64,000 nucleotides of DNA from a virus: the IMG/VR virus record IMGVR_UViG_3300018059_000011, positions 1-64,000 of that record, one strand, 5' to 3'. Each line of letters starts with the position of its first letter. Position 1 is the stretch's first letter. The notes under the pieces are model-generated. The model saw nothing but the letters and a program-made list of their open reading frames with translations. It was not told where the DNA came from and searched no databases. The translations under genes were made by a program, and so were the position numbers. Shown piece after piece: positions 1 to 8,331 of the stretch.

Positions 1-263
1 TCTAGCGAAAAATCCGCGCCGGTTTCTAAATGCGTCGCATCGTGCCACGCGCGAAACGCGACGTTGACGCTTGCGCGTCCGTATATCGTCGTTTCGCTGT
101 TAGCGTCCGTTACGATCATTCGCCCCGTTCTGGCGACGTGCGCGCGCAAGCCTTCAATCGTTTCCGGCGCATCGCGGGAAACGTCAAAGCCTTGCGGGAA
201 CATTGCGCGCGTGATTTCCAGAATGACGCGATTTAGTTCTGTGTCTAGCGCTTGCACGTTCAA
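1..263 (-). CDS. Conserved phage hypothetical protein, truncated at the window edge
   Basis: Hand translation from TTG 263, which overlaps the upstream stop (TTGA): MNVQALDTELNRVILEITRAMFPQG...SETTIYGRASVNVAFRAWHDATHLETGADFSL; open to base 1; FRAWHDxxH motif. Confidence 0.7.
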   Translation of the reverse strand, partial: MNVQALDTELNRVILEITRAMFPQGFDVSRDAPETIEGLRAHVARTGRMIVTDANSETTIYGRASVNVAFRAWHDATHLETGADFSL

Positions 264-526
264 AGCCCCGCGCCTATGTCATGCGGCGCGACGCTCGCGG
301 CGAAAGCGGCGATTGCGGCTTGCTCTAGCGTTGTGACTTTGCCGCATGTCGCGCCTAGATACTTTGTGCAATGGCGCGACGTGGTATTGCTGAAACGCTC
401 GCGCGTGCGAAAGTAGCCTAAGCCGGGAATAAATCCCGCGACTGGCGTTTGGTAGCTGTAGGCGATTTCCGAACCATCGGCGAAAGCGCAAACGGTTAGA
501 TTGTTTGACAGTGTACGAATATCCAT
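260..526 (-). CDS. Small phage hypothetical protein (early region)
   Basis: 88-aa ORF with strong RBS GAAAGGA; IAYSYQTPVAG...FSNTTSRH motif recalls small phage early proteins. Confidence 0.75.
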   Translation of the reverse strand: MDIRTLSNNLTVCAFADGSEIAYSYQTPVAGFIPGLGYFRTRERFSNTTSRHCTKYLGATCGKVTTLEQAAIAAFAASVAPHDIGAGL

Positions 527-545
527 AGCGGCTTGTCCTTTCGGG

Positions 546-734
546 TTAGCAGGTTATGCAAAGCGAGGCTTGCGACGCGGGGCGCGAAGGAATGAGCTTA
601 GGGCGCATCGCGGCGCTAGTCACATGGGAACGCGGGTAAAAGCTTGCCGGGACTAAATTTATTTTTCCGCCCCATAGTGTCGCGCGAACTATCGCGAGCA
701 ATTCGACGGGGCGCGGCGTGTTCTGAGATTGCAT
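546..734 (-). CDS. Hypothetical protein
   Basis: 62-aa ORF, leader GGAAGGAAACGCCGCTATG shared with neighbouring genes. Confidence 0.55.
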   Translation of the reverse strand: MQSQNTPRPVELLAIVRATLWGGKINLVPASFYPRSHVTSAAMRPKLIPSRPASQASLCITC

Positions 735-759
735 AGCGGCGTTTCCTTCCGTGTACGGA

Positions 760-963
760 CTAGCGCGAAAGCGCGTTAGAGACTTGCGCGAGCGTTGCCG
801 CTACCGCGTGCAATTCCGGCAAGATGAAATAGGCAAACACAGTTCCGGCAATCGCCAGAAGCGCAAGGCGCGCGACAAGGTGACAAATGAAAGGCGACAA
901 TTCGCGGGGCTGTTTCCATTGCTTCTCAGTGTAGCGCGGGGCTTTCATGTAGCGGTTAGTCAT
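760..963 (-). CDS. Small membrane protein
   Basis: 67 aa with one hydrophobic helix; leader AGAAGGAAACAAGCCCATG. Confidence 0.65.
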   Translation of the reverse strand: MTNRYMKAPRYTEKQWKQPRELSPFICHLVARLALLAIAGTVFAYFILPELHAVAATLAQVSNALSR

Positions 964-992
964 GGGCTTGTTTCCTTCTGTGAACGTGCAAA

Positions 993-1021
993 ATTCTAGG
1001 CGCCTATAAAGAGCGTCGCAA
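993..1021 (-). promoter_or_regulatory. Sigma70-like promoter for the leftward early genes
   Basis: TTGCGA-N17-TAGAAT on the minus strand. Confidence 0.55.
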
Positions 1022-1198
1022 GCGGAAACCGGAAAGCGGTAAACAAAAGGCTAACAGCTTGCCGCGCTTTTTGTTCCCGGCTTGCGCCCTGGTAGCAAGG
1101 GGCGCGAGCGTCGCCCGCGCGCTTGGTATTCGCGGCGCGAACATTGCACCTAGCAAGTTCTGTGCCAATGTCGTTAGGCTTAGCATGGTGAACGCGCG

Positions 1199-1542
1199 TT
1201 AATTGCATTGTGGTTAACCACGAGTTAATTTCTCGCGGCGCGCGCAAGGCTTCGTTAGGGTTAATGCCTGTTAGTCTTTACACGGATTAACTTCGATGTG
1301 GTGTCCGCGCATTAACCATGAAGAGGTTAACGTCCCGCTCTGGCACATCGAATGGTTGCCCGGCGTTTACCATGAACTGGTTAATTCCCGATTTGAACCA
1401 CGTCATGGTGAAGATCGGTTCACCCTGACGTGGTTAACGACTCGATTTGGTACACAAGTTGACGAGAATTAACCATGAAGGTGTTTCGTTTCGGCACAAA
1501 GTTGTGCCAGAATGGGACGGGGCCGAACCGGGTTTGGTTAAC
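1199..1542. promoter_or_regulatory. Array of CtrA-like sites (TTAA-N7-TTAA and TTAACC-N7-GGTTAA variants)
   Basis: TTAA-CCACGAG-TTAA at 1214-1228; inverted pairs at 1199-1217, 1312-1330, 1366-1384, 1394-1412, 1419-1437; TTAACCAT at 1312 and 1469. Confidence 0.6.
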
Positions 1543-1651
1543 ACGGGGGGTGGGTGCTACCACCACTTCCGAAGCCCACCAACTTTCTGACTAGGAGATA
1601 TGGCCCTAGCTGTCAAATTTGGTTTTCGCCCGGCGCGTCCCCAGAGATTGC

Positions 1652-1680
1652 TTGACACCGAAGGCCATTCGCGCTAGAGT
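1652..1680 (+). promoter_or_regulatory. Sigma70-like promoter of the HNH gene (near-leaderless)
   Basis: TTGACA-N17-TAGAGT, 9 nt before the ATG at 1690. Confidence 0.6.
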
Positions 1681-1689
1681 TCGCGGAAG

Positions 1690-2067
1690 ATGACCGCAGA
1701 TTCCATTCGTAACCCCGAGAAGAAACTCGCTTATCGCCAGCGCAAGAATCGGCGCAGGGACGAAGCGCGCTATCGCGATCCCGAGAAGCGCCGTGCATGG
1801 CAGTCGCGACACAATCTCGCGCGCAAGCGCGCCTCCGTGGCCTTCGTCTGGGAATGGAAACGCACGCACCCGTGCGTGGACTGTGGCGAGGCCGATCCCG
1901 TGGTCCTCGACTTCGACCATCGTGACCGTAAAACCAAATTCAAGACCCTGAACATCATGTCGCATCGTGGTGCCAGCATCGAGACGATCAAAACCGAGAT
2001 CGCGAAGTGCGACATCCGCTGTGCGAACTGTCATCGGCGTAAAACCTTCATTGAAAACCTGCTGTAG
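1690..2067 (+). CDS. HNH homing endonuclease (family A)
   Basis: HPCVDCGEADPVVLDFDH...KCDIRCANCHR zinc-finger HNH motif; paralogous to 7156, 9288 and 54855. Confidence 0.85.
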   Translation: MTADSIRNPEKKLAYRQRKNRRRDEARYRDPEKRRAWQSRHNLARKRASVAFVWEWKRTHPCVDCGEADPVVLDFDHRDRKTKFKTLNIMSHRGASIETIKTEIAKCDIRCANCHRRKTFIENLL

Positions 2068-2539
2068 CCGGTAGACCCCGGCATCCGAAAATGCTTTCGC
2101 GCCTTCAACGAATGTTGAAAATTGGTTTTTCGGTGAAAACGGATTCCGAAATTTCGGATCGAGCCCTCAACTCGCCAGGGACGACGAGTTCGCACCCAAT
2201 AGCGCGCCCGATCATACCCGAATGACGACTTTTCGGCTCGTAAGGCCCGTGTCCGGCGTCTTTTCCCCGCTTAAGGCATCGAAATTCACGGACGGCGGCC
2301 ATCCTCACGAAAATTCGCGCGCTGTCATCGACTTTCACGGCGCCCGGTGCTTTCAAGAGCACCTTAAGGGCGATAATGTGCCTTTAAGAGCACGCGGATG
2401 TTGCCTGAGACCATCACAAAGCCGGTTGCCGATGGCTATACGCAACATTGCGGGGCTACGCGCAACATCCCCCGGCCAATGTTGCGCGTATCGACCGATT
2501 TCGCTTGACTCGGGACCGAAAATCTGCGAACATCGGATC

Positions 2540-2743
2540 ATGGGCGAGATCACCGTGGTTCTTGGCGGTTGGCGGCTCCGAGAATCCATGCGGGGCCGTC
2601 GCCATGTGACTCCTCGACGCGATCTCCGGGTACACGATGCCGAGAACTGTTGGTGCCAGCCTGAAGATGATGGATACCTGATCGTTCACAACAGTGCGGA
2701 CGGTCGGGAGGACTACGAAAGCGGAAAGAGGAAGCGACACTGA
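2540..2743 (+). CDS. Small Cys/His-containing phage protein
   Basis: HVTP..DL..H...CWC.P....IVHNSADGRE motif; stop coupled to the next start (TGATG); ATG 2540 chosen as start. Confidence 0.6.
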   Translation: MGEITVVLGGWRLRESMRGRRHVTPRRDLRVHDAENCWCQPEDDGYLIVHNSADGREDYESGKRKRH

Positions 2744-3027
2744 TGGCAAAAGTATTCAACGGCGACGCCGCCGAGCGCGCCCTCATCGACAAGAGCGGAA
2801 TCACGTCGGCCCAACTCCACGATAAGGTCGTCGCGCTCGGCGAGGCCGCGCAGGAGATCGCCGACAACGATGTCAGTGTCATGCTGAACCTGTACACGCA
2901 CGGGCTTTGCTCGATCATCACCACGCTCGAACAGACCGGCGAGGTCAACATCCTCAACACGGTGCTGTCCACTCTCAAGTCAGGGGTCGGCAATATCCGC
3001 GATCACAACAAGAAGGCGTCGAACTGA
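2743..3027 (+). CDS. Hypothetical protein
   Basis: 94-aa ORF, translationally coupled at both ends. Confidence 0.7.
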   Translation: MAKVFNGDAAERALIDKSGITSAQLHDKVVALGEAAQEIADNDVSVMLNLYTHGLCSIITTLEQTGEVNILNTVLSTLKSGVGNIRDHNKKASN

Positions 3028-3275
3028 TGTCTACGGCCAATCGCTTCGCGGCGACCAACACCGAAATGCGCGAGGCCGTGGTCGCTGGTGTCCGCTCGGG
3101 CAAGGTCGAAGTCTTCTGGAGTTACGGCGCCCGCATGTTCGTGATGGACTGTTTCATGCCCGGCGGCACCGAGGGCTGCATGGACGCCGATGTCCTTGAG
3201 CCATATCTGTGGGCCAAATACTTTCGGCTGCACGGCGATGACGACTGTGGTTTCGAGTTCGGGGCCACAGCATAA
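3027..3275 (+). CDS. Hypothetical protein
   Basis: Start MSTANRF coupled to the upstream TGA. Confidence 0.65.
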   Translation: MSTANRFAATNTEMREAVVAGVRSGKVEVFWSYGARMFVMDCFMPGGTEGCMDADVLEPYLWAKYFRLHGDDDCGFEFGATA

Positions 3276-3293
3276 ATCTTGGAGGAGACGAAC

Positions 3294-3755
3294 ATGCGTA
3301 AACTCATGGGACTGATTTTCACGGCGCTGATGCTGACGACGGCAACATCTGCATTCTCGCGCGACGGCTACGAGGGGCGGCCTTCGGTCTGCGCCCAGTC
3401 ATCCCCCGCGAGTGTCGAGCGCTGCCAACAGTGGATCAGCACGGTGCTGCGCCCCGACACGCGGACCTCATGCTGCGGTGACGGCGACTCTTTCATCGCC
3501 GATGACTTTGAACTCGGCCCGCATGGCGAACTCTATGCGATCATCAGCGTCGATTACCCGGACGTGACCGCGCCCGAGTCGGATGATGGGACTCCGAGCG
3601 TCACGGTCAGGATCACTCGGGGCACAAAGATTCTGGTGCCCGCCGACAAGCAGAATCACGCCCCGGAAGATGCCAACAGGTCCGGCCACGGCGTCATCTT
3701 CCTGCTGCCTGGGACCAAATCGGTGCTGTGCTACTTCGCGCCGCCGCTGATTTGA
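3294..3755 (+). CDS. Secreted Cys-rich protein
   Basis: RBS GGAGGAG; signal peptide MRKLMGLIFTALMLTTATSAFS; SCCGDGD...VLCYF motif. Confidence 0.75.
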   Translation: MRKLMGLIFTALMLTTATSAFSRDGYEGRPSVCAQSSPASVERCQQWISTVLRPDTRTSCCGDGDSFIADDFELGPHGELYAIISVDYPDVTAPESDDGTPSVTVRITRGTKILVPADKQNHAPEDANRSGHGVIFLLPGTKSVLCYFAPPLI

Positions 3756-3765
3756 TGGAGGCTCC

Positions 3766-3795
3766 ATGAGCGGTCGTATCTGGGTTTTGTCGTGA
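3766..3795 (+). pseudogene. Remnant 5' end of the metallophosphoesterase gene (MSGRIWVLS*)
   Basis: RBS GGAGG plus 9 codons matching the N-terminus MSRIWVNA of the gene at 4259; stop overlaps the endonuclease GTG. Confidence 0.7.
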
Positions 3796-4262
3796 GAAAG
3801 AACGCCTCGAAATTCAGAGTGATGAGTAGGTCGGGAAAAATCTACTACGATTATGATCGTGAGACCCGCAAGCGCTGCAAATTTGTGATGCTGAAGAAAA
3901 CAAGTGCCTCGGGTAAAGTCTACTACACGTATCCTAGGACTAAGAAATTTCGGAAACAGGTACTGGCCCGTTCAAAACGCTGGAAAGAAAGAAATGCAGA
4001 GCACGTAAAGACCGTGAATCGAGAGCGACATTTGACGAGGCTCGAAAAATTGGCTGGTAGGCCCCGACCAGCCGCGTGTGAATGCTGCGGCGGTCCCCCA
4101 AACAGTAAGAGGTCAAAAAGATTGGAATACGACCACGATCATGTAACGGGCAAATTTCGTGGATGGCTGTGCGGTAACTGCAATAGAGCTTTGGGCCAAG
4201 CAAAAGAAAGTATCAGTCATCTGGAAAAGCTCATTGTGTATTTGAGGAGACATCAGTCATGA
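3792..4262 (+). CDS. Endonuclease VII-like (HNH) homing endonuclease
   Basis: CECC...DHDHVTGKFRGWLCGNCN motif; AT-richer than its flanks. Confidence 0.85.
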   Translation: MRKNASKFRVMSRSGKIYYDYDRETRKRCKFVMLKKTSASGKVYYTYPRTKKFRKQVLARSKRWKERNAEHVKTVNRERHLTRLEKLAGRPRPAACECCGGPPNSKRSKRLEYDHDHVTGKFRGWLCGNCNRALGQAKESISHLEKLIVYLRRHQS

Positions 4263-4753
4263 GTCGTATATGGGTAAATGCGGATTGCCACTTCGGGCAC
4301 CCGAACATTCTCAACTTCAAGCGAGATGACGGTAGCCTCATTCGTGGCGCTGTCTTCCAGAACTCGCACGAGCACAACGCTGTGGTCCGCCCCGAGGATC
4401 ATGTCTACTTCCTTGGCGATGTCGCCATCAACCGCCGGTTCCTGCCTCTCGTCACTCGGATGATGGGACACAAGCGGCTGGTGCGCGGCAACCACGACAT
4501 CGCCAAGACCAAAGAGTATCTCGACAACGGCTTCGACGAAATCTATGGCGTCCGCGTGTTTCGGGCGCAGGACCAACAGGGCAAGACCGGGTTCTTCCTC
4601 ACTCACATTCCGATTCACCCTCGGAGCCTGCCCGCGTGGGCGCGAAATGTCCACGGCCATCTGCACGCGAACATCGTCAAAGCCGGGCGCCGAGCCCGCT
4701 ATGGCCGAGGGGCCGCAGTCAAGATCGCAATCTCGTTGCCGGAGGATGTGTGA
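4259..4753 (+). CDS. Calcineurin-like metallophosphoesterase
   Basis: DCHFGH, LGD, RGNHD, LTHIP and HGHLH motifs. Confidence 0.9.
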   Translation: MSRIWVNADCHFGHPNILNFKRDDGSLIRGAVFQNSHEHNAVVRPEDHVYFLGDVAINRRFLPLVTRMMGHKRLVRGNHDIAKTKEYLDNGFDEIYGVRVFRAQDQQGKTGFFLTHIPIHPRSLPAWARNVHGHLHANIVKAGRRARYGRGAAVKIAISLPEDV

Positions 4754-4869
4754 TGTTCGATCCGCATAGTTGGATTACCGCTCTTGGAATCTCCGTCGCC
4801 GTGCTCGCGATCATCTTCGGGATCGCGGCCTGGGCCGTGAGCCGCACGAATCCGCTGGACAAGCTCTGA
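4753..4869 (+). CDS. 38-aa single-TM membrane peptide
   Basis: RBS GGAGG; coupled TGATG at both ends; one hydrophobic stretch. Confidence 0.6.
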   Translation: MFDPHSWITALGISVAVLAIIFGIAAWAVSRTNPLDKL

Positions 4870-5153
4870 TGAAAGAGATCGTCTTCGTAAGCCAGTCGCC
4901 AACCTCCGATCTCACTGTGAAGTGGAACAAGGACGGCACTGTGATGTTGACGTTGGCGTCGTCGCTTTCGACTGGGGCGACCGCCGAGAATCCGAAGCCC
5001 GTCGCCGCCGTCGAACTTGATTGGCCGACCTTGGCGGCGCTGAGACATTCCATCAATGTCGCCGAGGAGGCGGCTCTGGCAGAGGAACGTGAACGGGACG
5101 AGCTTCATAAGCTCGCCGGTCACATCGAAGGACAATTGGGGAGCATGGCATGA
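4869..5153 (+). CDS. Hypothetical protein
   Basis: Start MKEIVF coupled to the upstream stop. Confidence 0.65.
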   Translation: MKEIVFVSQSPTSDLTVKWNKDGTVMLTLASSLSTGATAENPKPVAAVELDWPTLAALRHSINVAEEAALAEERERDELHKLAGHIEGQLGSMA

Positions 5154-6202
5154 GCGAAGATGTTGCCGCCGAAGTCGCCGAGAAGAAGTACCACGTCATT
5201 GAACTGAATCTTCCGGCGGGACCGGGTGACGAAGTTCCGATCCCCGGCAAACCTCCCGTCGTAATCGACGGCCATCCCTTCGAGTTCGTGTCGTCGATCT
5301 CGCTTGGCTGCGACTGCGAGAGGCTGACCGAGGTCAAGGTTACGTTCCTCGCCGAAGTTCACGGCCAAGCGCATGTGCGTCAGACGCAGGAGTATCCGGC
5401 GCCCGACATCTACCGAGAGGTCGCGCAGTCTTTGCAGGCTGATGCCGCTATCGACCAGGGCCTCGGAGCCGTGCTTCAGCGCGCGCTCGACCGCGAGGCT
5501 TCGCGCCGCCCGCGCCGGGCCAAGGCCGTTGCCGACTTCACGCAGTCGTTTGACGCCCGCGATTGGGCTCGGGCCTTCATCGAGTTGGTCCGGCGCAATC
5601 CCGAGATTGCCTTCGACGAAGGCACGATGATCGGCTGGTTTGCGAATGCGATCATGCGCGGATACGACACCGGGTATTCCAAGGCCGATGCCGACATCAC
5701 GTCGTCCGCCGACGATGAAGACCCGATGGCAATCAATCGGGATATTCCCGAGGGCATTCGCAGGCAGTTTGGCGTGGACATCGAGTCGCTGGCCGGTCAT
5801 GTGGCCGCCGTTCACCCCGCCGATCCCTGGCCGACGCGGACGACGCCGCGCGGTGAGGGCGTGCGCCCGCCGACACACGCGGTTCATGTCCTCGTGAAGC
5901 ATCCGCGTATGATTCCGCTCTACGATCCGGTCACGCAGCCGTTGGATTACACCCGGCTCTACGAGGAAATTCCTCCGCATCTCAACAAGCCGGACGCCGA
6001 ACTCTGCGAGAGCGACATCAACCAGCGTGGCGCCTGCGCGCACGAACTCGAACTGATGGCCGCCCGTAAGAGTGAGGGTCTGGAATTGGCGTCCGATAAT
6101 GTCCCCTTCGACAAGGACGGCCCCGCTATCGTCTACAATCGTGAAAGCGTTGACGATGCCCGCCGCCGTGCCTCTAATCTCGAACCGGACAACGGCTGCT
6201 AA
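5150..6202 (+). CDS. Hypothetical multi-module protein
   Basis: 350-aa ORF, ATGA overlap; central FDARDWARAF...DEGTMIGWFANAIMRGYD block. Confidence 0.7.
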   Translation: MSEDVAAEVAEKKYHVIELNLPAGPGDEVPIPGKPPVVIDGHPFEFVSSISLGCDCERLTEVKVTFLAEVHGQAHVRQTQEYPAPDIYREVAQSLQADAAIDQGLGAVLQRALDREASRRPRRAKAVADFTQSFDARDWARAFIELVRRNPEIAFDEGTMIGWFANAIMRGYDTGYSKADADITSSADDEDPMAINRDIPEGIRRQFGVDIESLAGHVAAVHPADPWPTRTTPRGEGVRPPTHAVHVLVKHPRMIPLYDPVTQPLDYTRLYEEIPPHLNKPDAELCESDINQRGACAHELELMAARKSEGLELASDNVPFDKDGPAIVYNRESVDDARRRASNLEPDNGC

Positions 6203-6480
6203 TGGCGACCGAAGCGAGGCGTAATGGCGGGCGCAATGAACCGCTGGTCGATGACAATTGGCGCGGCGGCAAGAAACACCCCAAGCGCAAGCCTTTCGGT
6301 TTGCGCGTTACCTACGAATACACCTATTCGCTCTACGGTGGCGGTCAGAAGCGCCGGAAGTATACGTGGACGCAGTGGTATGCGACTCAACGCGCACGCG
6401 ATGATGCGGAAAAAGCGTTTCTTGCCGGTCGCGGCGGCTTCGCGCTTGCCTCGCGGACGTGTGAGAAGGTCGAAAAGTAG
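6202..6480 (+). CDS. Hypothetical basic protein
   Basis: 92-aa ORF coupled by TAATG. Confidence 0.6.
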   Translation: MATEARRNGGRNEPLVDDNWRGGKKHPKRKPFGLRVTYEYTYSLYGGGQKRRKYTWTQWYATQRARDDAEKAFLAGRGGFALASRTCEKVEK

Positions 6481-6491
6481 TCTTTGCACGA

Positions 6492-7121
6492 ATGAATACT
6501 GTCAGTACACGGATGGAGAATGCGGCGGGGGCGCCTTCAGTGCTGCTCGATGCGCTCATTAGGGCTGCTTTGATCCCGAGGCTCCGGGCCAAATACCAGA
6601 GTGAGAATCCTCGCATCGTCGATGAGATGGTTGTCTGGGGAGGAACCGTTAGAGTGGACGTGGCCGTAGTCGGTGACCAACTGCGCGGGTACGAGATCAA
6701 GAGCGACGCTGACACCGTGAGGCGGCTCCCTAACCAAGTGAAATACTACAGCGAAGCTTTTGACGAGATGACGCTGGTCGTCGGCGAGAAGCTTCAGCAC
6801 AAGGCTGTGGCCCTGATTCCTGAATGGTGGGCCGTCACCGTGGTCAGCTACGATGCCGGTGCTGCGAGCTTTCACGATCTGAGGCCGGGCGCCGCCAATC
6901 CCGTGTTGAAGCCGTTGATGCTCGCCCGATACCTCTGGAAAGCCGAGTCCCTTTCGATCCTCGAAAAGCACGGGCTCGCAAAAGGCTTTAGATCGGCGAG
7001 ATCGTATCTCCTCCAAAAGCGGGTGGCTTCGGAGTTGCCGGTCGATCTCCTGCGACAAGAGCTTTTGATCTGCCTGAAGGCTCGCGACCCGGACTGGCAT
7101 CGGGCCAAACATTCCGCTTGA
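6492..7121 (+). CDS. sce7726-family PD-(D/E)XK nuclease-like protein
   Basis: RVDVAVV...GYEIKSDADT..RL..Q...YS..FD..TLVV motif recognised as sce7726 family; start may be 6513. Confidence 0.75.
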   Translation: MNTVSTRMENAAGAPSVLLDALIRAALIPRLRAKYQSENPRIVDEMVVWGGTVRVDVAVVGDQLRGYEIKSDADTVRRLPNQVKYYSEAFDEMTLVVGEKLQHKAVALIPEWWAVTVVSYDAGAASFHDLRPGAANPVLKPLMLARYLWKAESLSILEKHGLAKGFRSARSYLLQKRVASELPVDLLRQELLICLKARDPDWHRAKHSA

Positions 7122-7147
7122 CAATTACGGCGACATTGTGCTAGGGT
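7118..7147 (+). promoter_or_regulatory. Promoter copy 1 (drives the HNH gene)
   Basis: TTGACA-N18-TAGGGT; 25/30 identical to the copy at 7568-7597. Confidence 0.7.
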
Positions 7148-7155
7148 CCGCGATC

Positions 7156-7566
7156 ATGCCCAAGTCGGATTTGTCGGTCGAAGAAAAACGTGAGCGCAAT
7201 ATCGCCAAGTGTTCTCGCTGGCGCAAGAGCAATCCAGAAAAACAACGTGGGTATGAAGCTACTTGGAATAAGGCTAACCCTGAACGACGCAGAGCCATAG
7301 CGGCCCGTGCTGGCAGAAAAGTTCGTCAACACAACTACGATTTTGTTTGGGAGTGGAAGAGTACCCATCCCTGTGTTGACTGCGGAGAGCCCGACCCAGT
7401 TGTTTTGGACTTCGCCCATCGAGATCGGAAGACCAAGATCGACAACATCAGCGACATGGTACGCAAAGGCGTGTCTTTGGCTAAGATAAAAGACGAAATT
7501 TCAAAATGCGATTGTCGTTGTGCTAATTGCCACCGTCGAAGGACATTTGTTGAGCGGATGTTTTAG
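7156..7566 (+). CDS. HNH homing endonuclease (family A)
   Basis: HPCVDCGEPDPVVLDFAH...KCDCRCANCHR. Confidence 0.85.
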   Translation: MPKSDLSVEEKRERNIAKCSRWRKSNPEKQRGYEATWNKANPERRRAIAARAGRKVRQHNYDFVWEWKSTHPCVDCGEPDPVVLDFAHRDRKTKIDNISDMVRKGVSLAKIKDEISKCDCRCANCHRRRTFVERMF

Positions 7567-7567
7567 T

Positions 7568-7597
7568 TTGACAATTGAGGCGTCATTGTGCTATGTT
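7568..7597 (+). promoter_or_regulatory. Promoter copy 2
   Basis: TTGACA-N18-TATGTT upstream of the gene at 7646. Confidence 0.7.
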
Positions 7598-7645
7598 CTC
7601 ATTTATGCCAAGAGATTGGCCTGACCAGAACCAGGAGAAAACCAC

Positions 7646-8257
7646 ATGAGCTTGTTGCTCAAGATTATGTCGTGCGAAGACGCGCCCGACGAAGATTCGC
7701 GCAAAACCTTTTGCCTCTACACCGACATCACATCCTGCCACTTCAGGCGTCATCCCGATGGCAGCGCCGAGGCCCACGTCTGGTGCCGCGAGCCGATCAA
7801 GACCGCGATGGTGCCCGGCTTCGTCGAGATCGAGAAGCACATCATTCTCACCGGCAATGCCTACCTCATGAACGAGAACGGCAAGACTGTTTCTTCGTTT
7901 GGCGTCGCCCGCTATGAAGACGGTAGACACACGGGTCCGCTTGGTCGCGATGCTCCGAAGGGAAATCTCATTCTCATCGGACCCGACCGTGAGCGCGTCA
8001 TTGAGGCTCTCGATTCGCTCGGGCTTGCGCTCGTCAACCATAGTCATCAGTGGAGCATGGACGAGAGGCGTCAGTACGAGGGCGCGATCTCTCTGCTCGA
8101 TGCCGACAAGAATAGGCGTCATCCCACGATTCGAGGGGCTCATACCCAGGCGACCATTGAACACGGCATGAATTTGGCAACACCAGATGCGAAATCGACT
8201 ACCGAAGCAGCGGCGTCGCGCCGGTCGCGCGTTGTCGAGCGGAACAGGGGGAAGTAG
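7646..8257 (+). CDS. Hypothetical protein
   Basis: RBS AGGAG; GNAYLMNENGKTV motif. Confidence 0.7.
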   Translation: MSLLLKIMSCEDAPDEDSRKTFCLYTDITSCHFRRHPDGSAEAHVWCREPIKTAMVPGFVEIEKHIILTGNAYLMNENGKTVSSFGVARYEDGRHTGPLGRDAPKGNLILIGPDRERVIEALDSLGLALVNHSHQWSMDERRQYEGAISLLDADKNRRHPTIRGAHTQATIEHGMNLATPDAKSTTEAAASRRSRVVERNRGK

Positions 8258-8331
8258 CTCACGGGAGTGATGCCCAATCAGCCTGAAGACTACAGTCGTT
8301 CAGAAACCAACCGCCGCAAGGAGGCAAAGTC

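Noticed and set aside
1611-2135. Flanking duplication around the first HNH gene (TGTCAAATTTGGTTTTCG vs TGTTGAAAATTGGTTTTTCG)
   Set aside because: Low complexity and needs gaps within an A/T-tract-rich region; too weak to count
2222-2539. N-terminal part of the 173-aa ORF
   Set aside because: Looks non-coding (A/T tracts, no RBS); only the part from ATG 2540 is accepted
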